A DNA stretch of 64,000 bases from NCBI RefSeq assembly GCF_009914755.1, contig NC_060925.1, one strand, 5' to 3'. This document shows positions 13,195 to 26,289 of the stretch, piece after piece. Within the stretch, counting starts at the first letter, position 1. Each line of letters opens with the position of its first letter. The DNA is from the human T2T-CHM13v2.0 reference genome, Homo sapiens. The position numbers and the translations under genes were made by a program. The notes under the pieces were generated by a model. That model did no database searches. It was not told where the DNA came from and worked only from the letters and a program-made list of their open reading frames with translations.

Positions 13195-13222
<28 letters not shown>
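13195..13222 (+). repeat. (AC)14 microsatellite
   Basis: Seen directly. Confidence 0.95.
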
Positions 13223-13227
<5 letters not shown>

Positions 13228-13709
13228 TACACACCTCTTTTTCCACATCTCCTTGTTGTTTTGATCATAAAGAAGCGGTGTGGCACAGTGTCTACACCAA
13301 CATCGTGCTTGCTGAATTCTTTCAGTTACAGAGGGTAGATTGGTCACATGTGTTGACTTTCTCTACTTCCCCAGACACCAAAAAAATGATAGCAATGAAT
13401 TTTTTTAGAGAACAAAAAGTATAGGGAGAGAAAACACAAGTGAAATGTTTCAACAGTTTTTTAAAATGCAAAGCAAATGGAGGTGTAGTAACTTTTATCA
13501 GGGAGACGGAACCTGCACTGGAAACTCCTTCCAGAGGCAAATACGCATGAGAGTAAAGAAAAGAGAGCGATTTGCCCTACGCGAGGGTCCTTGGAGATGT
13601 CATGACTTGAAGGCCCTAGACAGGGTGGAGGGCAGTGGGGGAAACTCAGGGCTACAAAACAGATTAGTTGAAAGTCTCTACATTTAGTGGCCAAACTCTC
13701 CTGTGGATT

Positions 13710-14423
13710 GTATAGGTGGTTCACTGAAATTTCCATTTCACTCACTTCCTCCTTCCTAGCAGATCCCTGTTTTTGTTAGACTATCAATCCCTCTTCCATG
13801 AAGCATATGCTTCAAGGGAAGATGCGATCCTCAGATCTAAGGGATGGAGTTTGATTGTCTAAGTCAGTAAGCACATGACAGTTCAAATGGGCTCCGATGG
13901 GGTAGGGTGAGGCAGGATCATATCCCAGGTTAGTCCAATCACCTAGAAAATATGTACTAGGAGAGAGATTTTTCTCTAGTTATCTTCAGTTGAATGCAAA
14001 CATGAAAGTATATAGCCCAGTGCTTCTCAGACTTTCGTGTGCATTTGAATCACCTGATTATCTCATTAAAATGCAGGTTATTCTCAGTATGCCTGGGACA
14101 GGGATTGAGATTCTGCATATATGACACACTTTTGGGTGATGCCAATGCTGCTGGTTCAAGGACGACACTTGAATGACAGAGACATAGCTCAAGTCCTAGT
14201 GGCACAATTTTATGGTTGTGAAAGGAATCAGCTCATTCAAATCAGATGCTAAGGAGAGCAAAGCAAAGAGCCTGAAAAACCACTAGTGCTAGACGCCATC
14301 ACTGAGCCACTCATCCACATCACACCGGGAGCACTTCCTATCTCTGAACTTCCAATTATGTGAGACAATATTTTTGCTGAAGCCAGTAAAAGTTAGGTCT
14401 CTGTCAATTACAGCTAGACTCTT
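13710..14423 (+). mobile_element. MLT1K/L-like MaLR LTR, interrupted by MER5
   Basis: tgattgtctaagtcag, ccaggttagtccaatca, catcactgagccact, ttatgtgagacaata...aagccagt...ttaggtctctgtcaattacagc. Confidence 0.65.
14018..14181 (-). mobile_element. MER5 family (MER5A1/B) hAT MITE
   Basis: cagtgcttctcagacttt...gaatcacctg...gatgccaatgctgctggt; imperfect 8-bp TSD atatagcc / acatagct. Confidence 0.85.
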
Positions 14424-14536
14424 GGTAAAGAGGGAGTTATTCTCTGGAGAAGGAAAACAGAAGAGGACCAAGATTCAGAGACATCAGGTATAGGGAAGCT
14501 GGGAGCCAAGTACAAGACTGAAAACAGGAATCAATT

Positions 14537-14749
14537 TGGTGAAACCCCATCTCTACTAAAATACAAAAATTAGCCAGGCGTGGTGTCGCATGCCTGTAAT
14601 CCCAGCTACTCAGGAGGCTGAGGCAGGAGAATTGCTTGAACCTGGGAGGCGGAGGCTGCTGTGAGCTGAGATTGCACCCCTGCACTCCAGCCTGGGCAAC
14701 AGAGGGATACTCCATCTAAAAAAATAAATAAATTAGTAAATAAAATAAA
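14537..14749 (+). mobile_element. AluS, 5'-truncated
   Basis: Begins tggtgaaaccccatctctactaaa; full right arm and A-tail; no TSD seen. Confidence 0.92.
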
Positions 14750-14875
14750 GTCTGCACACAAATGAGGCATCAAGGAATTTTCAGGGTGGTTGAAATATAA
14801 ACATTTATCTAATGTACAATGAATATTTTTTCATTTACATTTACTATACATAAATTATACCCAAATAAAAAATGT
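14750..14875 (+). mobile_element. L1ME 3' terminus
   Basis: gaggcatcaaggaattttcagggtggttgaaat ... ataaattatacccaaataaa. Confidence 0.6.
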
Positions 14876-14879
14876 TTTA

Positions 14880-16630
14880 ACAGCCAACACATGGAAAGGT
14901 GATATCCCTGGGTGGGCCCATCCCTTGCCCCATGTCTAATTCTTTAGAATCTAAAACTCTACCAGCTAGGCAAAAGATAAAAGGATTCTTTTTCCAGTTA
15001 AATGAAATGGGTCCAAAGAAAAGACTTTACATATTGTCATTTGAGAATTTCCAAATGAAGCATCAGCATGGTGTCTGATCATCTTAAAGTGAATCCCACT
15101 AGCTGATAATCTTCCCCTCAGTCCCATACACAGAGATTTCAATCATCTATTTAGTACCTATTACATTAATGGACAATGAAGGACACTTAAGAAAAGACTA
15201 AAACAAAAAATAGAATAAAATAAACAAAATAACACCGATATCAAAACAGGAAAAAAAGAGCTGAAGAAAATAGAGATAATATAGGACTCAGAAAAAAACC
15301 TTAAAGATAATATAGAATTAGTATACTCAGAGTCATAGGAGAAGATATTGATGCATTAAAGAATAGGGTTTATAAAAGAAGCAACAGTAAGGAGACAGGA
15401 AAGTACTATTAGAAATTAAGAACAGGAGAAAAAACAAAACACTTCAATAAAAGATATAGATAGTAAAGATAATAAAATCTATTAGAAAGCAGAAGAAAAA
15501 GATAGTGATGGAAAATATTAAAGAATACATAAGACCTTTTAGATAACCAATCCAGCAATTCAATATCTGACTAATGGGAGAAATATAAAATGAGAACAGA
15601 GAAAAAGGGAGAGGAAGAAATTGCCAAAAATCTGATTTGATATGAATAATATTTCCTGGAACTAGGCTGCATCTTCTACTTTAGGGCTTATATAAAATTT
15701 CAGAACACCAGGAAGAAAGAATAGATCCCAAAAGATTCCAAAGAGAAAAAAACTATATGCAAAATAATAATCAGAATAGCATTTAACTTCCCAAGAAAAA
15801 AACTGGACGCTAGATGCCATCACATTTTTAAATAAAATATTATTTTCAGCCTTAAATTTTACATTCAGCCACATTAGAAATTGTGTGAGGATAATATCTG
15901 AAGACATAAAAGACTCAGAAAAAAAATAACTTTTATGCACGCTTTCTTTATAAACTGCTGAAGGATGTGCTCCAGCAAAGTTAGGGAGGAATCTAAGAAG
16001 GAGGAAGACAAAGGATCAAGAAATGGTGGATCCAATCCAGGATAAGGGCAAAGGAAGTCCATGGAGGATAACTGTGCAGAAGGCCTATAGATTAACTGGT
16101 TCAACCGAAAATAAGAGGAAGAAATTCTTTACAATGAAGAGCTCCAGCAATTTTTTACATGGGGGAATGATAAAATATGTGATATGATGGAATTTTTGTA
16201 AAAAATAATAATAGGTAGATTATAACCTGATTAATTTTGAAAACTTTAAAGACATATATGTGGAAAAAAAATAAGCAAGTGAAATAGGCAACCATTAACT
16301 CTAAAGAAAATCAAAATCTGTTCAAGAAAGGAAATAGAGTAAACACTAATCACTTATTTTAGTAAAAACAATAATAGGACTATATTAGGATGCTGGGGTT
16401 GGGGTGAAGTAGGGTGTGGGGGGACAGTGAAATTCTCCCTCCCATAAATCAAGAAATAGAAGTCCTGTATAGGCATAAACCTAGAGATACAGAATTAAAG
16501 TTAATGCCAGGAAAAACACCCTAAAAGAGTTTAAAATGATTAGGCCAGGGACTGCTCTTTTTCATTACAAACTTTTTTATATTATCTGACTTGTTTTTAA
16601 CCATGTACATTGTTTTAAAACACTTATAAA
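14880..16630 (+). mobile_element. HAL1 (half-L1), near complete; decayed ORF1 plus 3' UTR
   Basis: A-rich ORF1-like body; HAL1-type motifs ggatgtgctccagcaaa, ggaagtccatggaggataactgtgcagaaggccta; 3' end agggactgctctttttcattacaa; no ORF2 between ORF1 and the 3' end. Confidence 0.75.
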
Positions 16631-16849
16631 AGTCAAGATTTCTAAAATATTTTTTAAAGTTGCTGAATAAATAAATACATGAGAATATCATCAGGCCATG
16701 AGCCGAAGATCTGGGGTCTCTTCTGGTCTCCCCACTCATGAGCTGAGTGGCTGTCAACAGGGCATTGAATCTCTCTAGGTTTCTGTCCAAGACCGAAGCT
16801 CTCCGTCCTCCCTGACTTTCCTTGTTTCTCAATCACCTGAAGACCCACA

Positions 16850-17045
16850 GTAGTCAGACAAGCCTGAACTCCAGATATGGTCCCATTACTGTGTCACCTT
16901 GAACAAATTACCCCTTTCCCTTCTCTCAGCCTCTGTTTCTGTAAAATGAGGGTAATGATACCACCTTCAAAGAGGGCATTAGGGGGATGACATGAGGCTG
17001 TGCCCACCATGGGGCCTTTTAGATGCTCAGTGGATATCAATAACT
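16850..17045 (+). mobile_element. MIR
   Basis: tgtgtcaccttgaacaaatta...ctgtaaaatgagggtaatgatacc. Confidence 0.7.
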
Positions 17046-17109
17046 TGAACCACAAGGGCTGGAGGGAAATCAGATCAAAACAGCAAGACTGGGTCAAGCT
17101 TCAGGAAGC

Positions 17110-17800
17110 CAGGATGGCCGGGGAGGGGCCTGACGGCACCGCATCCCCTTAGGCGGGACATACCTAAGTCCTTCTCCTCTGCTGTACAGGCCCCCGCACC
17201 ACTGAAACTGAAATGAAATTTCCTCCCCACCCTCCTTCATTTTCATATTCAGTTATTTGCTTAACAAGGAGAGAAGGATTTTTCTTCCCGAAAGTTCAGT
17301 CTGTGATTTCTGTGCCCCCCTGGGCCTCTGGAATCCCGTTCTGCTCAGGCGAGAGTGCTCTTTTCAAGCTGTCAGTAGGGGAAAGATGACAAGGCTTTAA
17401 TGAAGTCAAGTCATCATTTTTTCATGGCGCACAAGACTGCAGGCCGGCGGCTCCGCAGGGGAGGGAAGATGGAGGTGGTTTCTTTTGCCTCGGTCTCCTC
17501 CCTGATGCCCCTACATCCTGTCCCCAACCCGCAGAGCTGCTTCACGTAAACAAGCCCAATGCTGCGGGGGTTCCCTAAGGTCACTGGCTGGACCGCTAAA
17601 GAGGGCACCGAAGTCTAATGCCATTAATCAGCCAGACGCAGCACTGGCAGATTCTTGGCTCAGCTGGGAGCTCCCTCTCCTCCCTGCCCCCAAGAGAATG
17701 AATCTGTCGATTTTCTCCCTGTGATTCAACCAGCAGCTAATATTAACATGGCTTAAATCATAGAGACTCCCAGAAGTCAGGTTTTTGCTGGTTTTCCTAC
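17110..17800. promoter_or_regulatory. Candidate enhancer (repeat-free, locally CpG-richer)
   Basis: ISRE-like gaaactgaaatgaaa at 17204-17218, forkhead gtaaacaa at 17546-17553, TAAT/ATTA cores; motif evidence only. Confidence 0.35.
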
Positions 17801-18160
17801 AAATGAGCCACCAAATTTAGCCAGAAATGCTTTCTACTTAAATAAAGACTATGCATCCATTTGGAAAAAATATATTTCAAGGTCTAGTTAATATATCTGA
17901 TTCCCTGAACTCCTCCCACGGTCCTGTATAATTCAGAAGCCCCAGTGAAAGGAGATACTCATCTGCTGATAGAAATTCACATCCCTGAAAGCAGAAAAAT
18001 AAAAAGCCTCCTTTTGTGCACAAGATTGCATTGGATACAGCTGTGAACATCTTTGGAAAATCTGCCACTGGCGTGGCATGGGTGGGGAGGAAGAAAATAC
18101 AAAGGATTAGTCCATGACCCCAATCTTCCCAGGCAACCCCATGATCTCCTAGGTGAGGGT

Positions 18161-18345
18161 CTAGGTTCTTAAACTTCATCAGGTAGCAGAATCACCTAGA
18201 GGGTTTATTAGAACACAAATGGATGGACCTCCGTCTGAGTTTCTGATTCAGTGCGTGTGGAGTGGGGCCCAGGAATTTGCATTTGTGACGAATTCCCAAG
18301 TGATGCTGATGCTGCTGGTCTGGGACCGTACTTTGAGAACCAGTG
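18161..18345 (-). mobile_element. MER5A
   Basis: tgatgctgatgctgctggtctgggaccgtactttgagaaccagtg. Confidence 0.9.
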
Positions 18346-19319
18346 CCCCAGATCTTCCTGAATGGTCATGCCTGGGGGAGTTCCATCTGAGGGGACTCTG
18401 CTGCCAGCCTGCCTTCTCCTCCCCACCCTCCTGCACCACTCAATTGCAGCATCCTCCTCTGAGTTGGTGCTGAGCACAGCTGGGAACCCACGAGGAAGCC
18501 CAGCCCCAGCCCCTCACTTGCAGGCCAAGCTTGCTGCTGAGTTTAGCCCAGCACAGGAGGAGTCTGGAGGCCTGGGACAGGGCCTAGCCATCTGCATGCC
18601 CAGTGAAGCACACATTTTCCCAGCCTCTGTAGAGTGGGTTCAACCCAAGTAACTGAGTTCTGCTTTGGTTTCCTGAACCAGCACCTGTCTTCTTGGGACC
18701 AGAGCCCTGTCCCCAAACCCATGACACTTAAAGGAGGCCCTAACACCCCACTGGCCCTTGTCAGCTCTACCCCATACCAAGGTCTTAGACCTGGTGTTCT
18801 GCCTCATTCACCCCTCAGGCAGCACCTGGGCAATACCCTCTCTGGATGGGAAGCACTGTGCCCATCTGACTTGAGGGGCTGCAGTCACACACAACCCCCA
18901 GCCCCTCCTAGCATGGGTTCTCTGGGAAATAACACCTTTAACACTGGCTCAGTCATACAGAGGTGCCCACAGAGATTCTGATGTTCACCACCAATTTCTG
19001 GATCGGCACCTCCACCCTTGTTCTCATCCTTCTTGGTACCTCAATTACTTCTATTTCCCCATGGTTGAGCTCCCACCATGTCTATCCCAGAACCTAACTT
19101 CCATGCACTTCCCCTCCCTGCAACATCTTGATTGTGACACCTGTAGCTGTGTCTCCTCCTTCTCTTCAGGGGGCTTTTCTCATGACAGTGTCTGTACCCA
19201 AGGACACTCCATGAAGTAGTCTCAATTTTGACTCCATGATTTCTTAGCCCAATCTTGCAGAGGCTGCCCAATTTCTTTGCCATCTTCATCATGGCCAATA
19301 CTGAGTTGTGGTTGCAAGG

Positions 19320-20045
19320 CGTATAGCCTTATGGTGAAGGACATGAGATCCAGAGACAGACAGACCCGAGTTTGATTTTCTGCTCTTCCACTAGCTAGCA
19401 CTGTTGACCTGAAGCAGCCACTTGGCCCCTCTGAACCACAGTTTCTTCATGTGTACATGGAAATCATAATAGTGCCTAATTCACAGGATGGATGAGGAGT
19501 CAATGAGCCAAGGTATGTATGTGTTTGGTTTCCTATTGCTGCTGTTGCTAATTGCCCCAAACTTAGTAGCTTAAAGCAACAGAAATTTATTCCCTTGCAG
19601 TCTTGGAGGCCAGAAGTCTGAAATGAGTCTTGCAGGGCTAAGATCAAGGTGTCAGCAGGCTGGTTCCTTCTGGAAGCTTCAGGGAAGAATCCACTCCTTT
19701 CCTCTTCCAGTTACTGGTGGCTGTGGCATTCCTTGGCAGTTAGCTACATCCCTCCACTCTCTGCTTCCATTGTCATATTTCCTTTTCCCCTCTATGCTAA
19801 ATCTCCCTCTGCCTTCCTCTAATATGGACACTTGTGATTTCTTTTAGGGCCCACCCAGATAATCTAGGATAATCTCCTCATTTCAAAATCCTTAACCTAA
19901 TTGCATCTGCAAAGTCCCTTTTGCCACATAGGGTAACATTCACAGGTTCATATTTTAGGGGGAGTATTATTCAGCCCACTGCAGGTGCTAAGCAGAGTGC
20001 CTACCATATAGAAGCTCCATAAATTACTGCTACTATTCTTATTAC
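19320..20045 (+). mobile_element. MIR split by MLT1C (pieces about 19320-19520 and 19984-20045)
   Basis: cagtttcttcatgtgtacatggaaatcataatagtgcct; tail agagtgcctaccatatagaagctccataaat. Confidence 0.7.
19522..19983 (-). mobile_element. MLT1C solo LTR
   Basis: tttcctattgctgctg, tggaggccagaagtctgaaat, ttagggcccacccagataatc, ends tattcagcccactgca. Confidence 0.9.
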
Positions 20046-21654
20046 AGTTATTATGATTACAATGGTTAGCCCCTAATTCTGCACTAACATTATTCCTTTG
20101 ATTGCCACACAGTCAACAAAGGGTTGGGTTTCTATAGGTCCAAAGAGCACAATTACGTGAGGCTCGAATAACTAACACTCAGACATTTAGCCATTTATAC
20201 CATCTATAAAATTCTTCCTTCCCAATATGCACTCCTAGCAGGAGGTAGGAATTCTCAGTGGGGTGCAATAAAAGCCCCTCCAGGTGAACTTTTAACTAAC
20301 AGCTTATCAGAACAAGATGATGCTCTAATGAGTCCTCTGAACTCTCCAGATGCGTCCCTGCACACGGCTTCCTCTGGCCATTACATCTGCTATTCCTTTC
20401 AAGGATGTGGCTGGGCTCTGCTCTCTTCCCAGCTGGCAAGAGCTGAGCAAAGCCCCTGAGGCTCTTACTCCAGGGGACAGATATGCATCAACAGTCACTA
20501 CCCTCACATCTGTCCACAGCTGTCCAGAGAGAAATTCCACAGGATTATTGGATGGAACTTTGCCCCAGCCCCTCTTAGAGCTCCCACAGCTGGTTGTCTC
20601 CTCTGAGCACTGAACACAGATGGGAGGAAGTTCCAGTGGCAATGACTGTGCTAAGTCGCAGCATAGGTGGGTCAGGCACTGGCCCAGAAGTGGCCAATTC
20701 TGAACCAGGTTGAGTTTATGATTCCAGAAAGTCATGGAGCTACCAAGGCCAAGGAGATGAGCCACCAGAGATAGAGACCAAAGGGTGCACCAGTCAAGTC
20801 CAAGAGCCAGGAATCTGCCCCTGAAGAAAGAGCCAAGACAGAAAGAGACTGGGGTGAGACCTGGGCGAGGGAGTCTGTGATCATCTGACTAATTCTGAAT
20901 CTTTCTTACTGCACCCTCTTCTGAAGAGTCAGCTCCTACCCAGAAGAGTTTAAAGACCATGAATACTTTAGACTCGGCTTGCACAAGCATGCGGAGTCTC
21001 TAAATGCCCAGGACTCTTCTCATTAGGAAGCCTATGTCCGGGTGGCTCCCTGAGGCTGGAGGAGACCAGTGGTTAAATGTGCCAAGGCAAATACCCTCTC
21101 TCTGCCACCACCCATATTGCCCTCAGGGACACATTCTTGGCGGTCTCTCTCCTGAGTTAATACCCTCTTAAACCTCACAGGGTCTCTTCTCTGTGCAAAG
21201 CCCCTTTTGTCCATCGGATGCTCTCAAAGCTAACATGGGGTCCCCATGACACCAATCAGCTCCTAGAGTCTGAGATCTAGGACTGCCTGGGCTGCATTCC
21301 CAATCACCTAGCTCAGGCCCAGGGGCATCAACTCTGCTGAGCTCTCTGCTGAGGACTTTGAAGGAAACTTCAAGCTGAAACAATCATGGCAGCTTCAACT
21401 GGGTCTGCCTCACAGTCCACCTTTTGTTTTGTCCCTTGCCCCTGCTCACACTGCGTAGGGAGGGTTCTCCCTATCCCCTCTACTCTCCGGAAGTCTGCTA
21501 CCTCCATTTCCCACTAACCTACATCCCTCCACCCCACATCCATCTCCAGTAGATCCTCTTACCTCCATATTCACAGAAGCATCAAGGCCACTGGATGGGT
21601 ACACGCCACCTCTGCTCCCATCTTTACACCACGCTCTCTTTTTAAAAGAAGAGG

Positions 21655-21885
21655 TCAGTGAAGCATGGATTAAGTGTTGGGATCTAAAGTCAGTCCATCA
21701 GAGTCAAGAGCAAAGTCTGCCTCTTACTAGCTGTGTGACCTTAGGCAAGTTACATCATGTGTAAAATAGGGACAGCAGTGGTGTCTTCCACCTCACAGAG
21801 CTGCTGAGGAGTAAATGAGTTAGCACACGTAAAACACAGTGTCTAGCACAGGGTATGAGGTGAATAATGTGAGCAATGATTACTG
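21655..21885 (+). mobile_element. MIR
   Basis: cttactagctgtgtgaccttaggcaagttac. Confidence 0.85.
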
Positions 21886-21919
21886 TTTTTTGCAAGAAGC
21901 TTAACACTTAAACAAATAT

Positions 21920-22132
21920 AAAACAGTGGGAATGTGAGCTCTGAAGTCCTGGCTGTGTCATTTTTAACTCTGGAACCTTGAGGAAGTCACTTAACCTCCT
22001 TGGCCTTTGGGTTTTTCATCTGGAAGATGAGGACATGACAGTGCCCATCTGAGGCATGAAAAGACATGATCCATGTGAAGTTCTCAGCATGGTGTCTGCA
22101 GTGCAGTGAGCCTTCCATAAATATGGCTTCTT
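21920..22132 (+). mobile_element. MIR
   Basis: accttgaggaagtcacttaacctc...ttttcatctggaagatgagg. Confidence 0.75.
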
Positions 22133-22456
<324 letters not shown>

Positions 22457-22558
22457 ATAAATATGGCTTCTTATTAGACTGGTGGCCTTTTTCCCCTTCC
22501 CCTCTCCAGAGACGACCTCTAGAACATGCACCCTGGGTCCTATTTCCCATCCATCGAT

Positions 22559-22610
22559 CACACGCACACACACACACACGCACACTCATGCACACACACA
22601 TGCACACACT
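22559..22610 (+). repeat. Imperfect (CA)n
   Basis: Seen directly. Confidence 0.85.
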
Positions 22611-22792
22611 CGTGTATCTTCTACTTCTCCCTTTCCTCCACATCCTTCTCCTCAATCTCCAGGCAGGCTCAAGTCTCCCCACACAAAGAAAATCCTCCTT
22701 CAAGTATTTTTCAACTACCACCCTATTCTCCTAGTCTTTCCTCTAGGGAACTTCTAGAAAGGGTGGTCTACCCTCAACTGCAAGCTTCATTT

Positions 22793-22816
22793 GCTGACAA
22801 TGGAGCCATTGTCGGC
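22793..22816. promoter_or_regulatory. Palindromic SoxE dimer motif ACAATG-N4-CATTGT
   Basis: gctg ACAATG gagc CATTGT cggc. Confidence 0.45.
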
Positions 22817-24014
22817 TTTTACTGTTTTCTACCAGATGTTTGGTATCTCTTAGGGACATCTCAGGATAATGAAGTCCTCGTGTGTTTGTGAGTTCTCTGT
22901 TGAGATGTTTGTTTTCTGTCTGCTGAGTTTATTTGGGTGGTCTAACATCCTGCACCTTCTGTGTAAATGGAGGTAGCAATCTACCACTGGCAGTTAAGAC
23001 GGCAGTTTGCTTGGGGACTGGAATCAGCCCCAAGATAGAGTTAACTCTCCAAGCCTCTCCAAGGAGCCCTCTGAAGATAGACTGGCCTGTTAAAAGAATT
23101 AAGGGGTGGAGGTGGCACAGGGGTGACAGAAGTGGGCTGACTCAAGAGGGCAGAAAAAATAGCCAGGGAAAGGTAAATGCTGAGAAGCCATCTGACTTAA
23201 ATCATGAACAAAATGGAGAGGCAAGAAGTCATCATAGTTTTTCCATGAAACTCTGAGAGAAAAAAAAGGGCCTCTAATGCCGGAAGCTTCAAAAAAGAAG
23301 CTGAGGAGCAAATAAAAGAAAGCCCCTTTCAAAGTGTTTTTCTAGAAGGGTGAGTGCAGGGATTGCCGAGCAGGCAGAGGAAATGTTTGTGTCCCTTGGA
23401 AGAAAACCTTGGAGGGGAAATCAGCCCCATCCTGTAAGGGCAAAGGCTCCCACACCAGAGATCCACTGACCTGGAAGGCTCCAGTCTACACAAGCCCACT
23501 TGTGGCACCAACATCTGGGTGAGACTGTCCCCCGGGCCCTTGCCAGTCAATGATGCCCCATTGCTTGAGGCACCATAACATGTTGAGATCATGACTTCTG
23601 GAGCCCTGGGGATGGGGCTTCATAAGTCCACGGCTGAGAGGAGCTTCCCTGTCCAGCCTGATCTCTTGTCACAAGACCTAGGGATCTCTTTACCTTCTAG
23701 ACTGCCTTAAGGACAGAGTGGAACTGACACCTCCCAACCCACCCCCATGCAGCACCTCTATGTGCAACCCTCCAGCTGGGGCTGTGCCATCCTCATTCCT
23801 CCTATCCCCTTCTCTTCACTCATCTATGTCCACACTCGCTCTTTGGCATGCGGTGAGCCTGGGTCTGCTTCCCTTCATGCTGGAGCTCCAGAGCCTATCT
23901 CATGCATCTTTGACTGCTCTACAGGACTTGACACATGGTAGGTTCTTAATAACTATATCTTGCATAGATGAATAAACAGCTCTTTGATCACAATCAGCAT
24001 GCATACCAGAATAC

Positions 24015-24225
24015 CTCACATTTATAGAGTGCTTATTATGCATAGTCTCTCAAAAGCCCTAAGAGCAGTTACCATTATTACCCCCATTTTACAAATGGAG
24101 AAGTCAATCCCCAGAGAGGTTCATTAGCTTGTCTTTGGCTATATAACTAGAAAGTGGCAGAGCCAGGATTTGAACCCCAGCAGTCTGACACCAGAAATGG
24201 GGCAGTTAACTGACACATGAACTGC
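24015..24225 (-). mobile_element. MIR
   Basis: cccattttacaaatggaga ... aagtggcagagccaggatttgaacccca. Confidence 0.88.
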
Positions 24226-24867
24226 TTCTTAAATATTTAAAGTATTTTTTTTTCTCATTGGGATTGCCAAAAGCACCTGTGAGCAGATTAGCAAGAATAC
24301 ATTCGATGTTGGGAAGACTGGATTTTTGTTTGAAATGGCTTACTGTGCCCAGAAGACACAGGGGTCTGCTTGGAAGCTGCAGTGAGAAGGAGAGAAATTG
24401 AGGAGATCATTTACAGTGTCAGATTGATAGAAGGTCAGGGCAGTAGGCAAAGGACTTGGCCCAGAGTTAGTAGAAAGGGGAAAGAAGACACCCATCAAAT
24501 CTTCCTTGGCCCAGAGGGAGAAACATGAAGGAGACTAAAGATGAGAAACCGGGATAGTTTGACCTGCATAAGCTCTATAACCAGAGAGGTTTATGTGTCA
24601 GTAGGCCACTGAGAAAAGAAAAGTTGAACCCATTGACTGTATCTTGGGTGCCTAACTTGGCAGAAAAAGAGTGACCATGTCCCAGTGCTGAGGTATGAAG
24701 AAATACAGCAGCTCTAGCCTAGAGGTGTTTATGGGTCCAATGTGTACATGGAGGTAAGTGGCAGGAGCCTGGGGGCATTGCGATTCTGATGGTCCCACCA
24801 GGAACCTGCTGGGATTACAGAGGCAGGGTTCAGCCGCTAAGTCAAAGAGCTGAAAAGATCCAGGTAA

Positions 24868-25143
<276 letters not shown>

Positions 25144-25524
25144 GGATCCAGGTAGGCTGGTAGGGTTCTAGAACAGCAGGTGACTTTAAGGCAAGCTCTT
25201 AGTCCCTGCAGGGGACTAGTGAGCAATTGGGAAACTGAGGCAGCATGCAATCATACTGAGATGGTTAAGCTTGGAGAAGGTGGTTCAGTGGATAATGAGG
25301 AGCGCTTGGGGCTCATGGGGACTCAGGACCAGGCACTCCCTCTGCCTCCAGATACCACACTGAGAGCCACAGAACTAACCCCAGATCCCACTGCTGGTGT
25401 GGCTGCGCTCCTCACAGGCAGCCAAACTGTCATGATATTGAATCTGCATGTTGGAGGTTGTTAGTGTCTGCAGCTGAGCAGCCCCAGGGGCAGCAGGGAT
25501 TGGCAAGAGGGCAGGGCGTATCTC

Positions 25525-25660
25525 TTTCATTCATTCACTCTCCCATTCATCCATCCATCCAACATTTACTGAAATCTAAGTGTCAGGCACTCTGCTGCAT
25601 ACTGCAGAAATTAAGATTTTTAAGATCCATTCAGTGCTTTCATAGAGCCCCCGAGTAGCA
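25525..25660 (-). mobile_element. L2 3' end
   Basis: ttcattcattca...aacatttactga...tgtcaggcact. Confidence 0.7.
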
Positions 25661-26289
25661 GACTTCTGACGTTCAGTTAAATTGGCAACGCTCAGTAAGC
25701 TCGAGGACATATATTGATAAGTGATGGAGAGAGCTAGAAGGCGGCTGTCATGATGGTGTGTGTAGCCAATAAAAGACAGTTTAGCACTCCATCTGCATGG
25801 GTATTCAATATGAGTTGTATAAAGATTAGGCTGATGGCTGCTTTCTAAAATAAGCTACATGGCAGGCCCCTCACCTGCTCACCCTGTGAATGAGTTCAGT
25901 GAAGCAGCTCAATAAGCCATTTCTCTTTATACAATGAATACCAGATGATCTTCACCCAGACTGAGCCATATTGCCATGACCAGGGCTGCAATTTACCAAA
26001 GGACAAAGTATCTCTTAGTCTGGAGGGAACCCAGTGGCTCTCTGACCAAGGATGGAGTTGTGTTGGGATGGGGGCTGATAACTGCTGACCCCAAGACTGG
26101 GCTGGCCCCGGGTGCTGCCCATCGATCTCACCTGGGAGAGTCCAAGGGCAGTTGAAGATCACACTGACTACTCCTCCACAGAGGATCCTCCCAAAACCCT
26201 GACCTCACTCTGAGTCAAGTCCTCCCTCATTGTAAATCACAACGAAACAATTGATCAAAATTCATGTGCATTTTAAACATATGCGAGTT

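Noticed and set aside
17590-17610. CTCF-like ccgctaaagagggcac
   Set aside because: Two extra bases break the core spacing.
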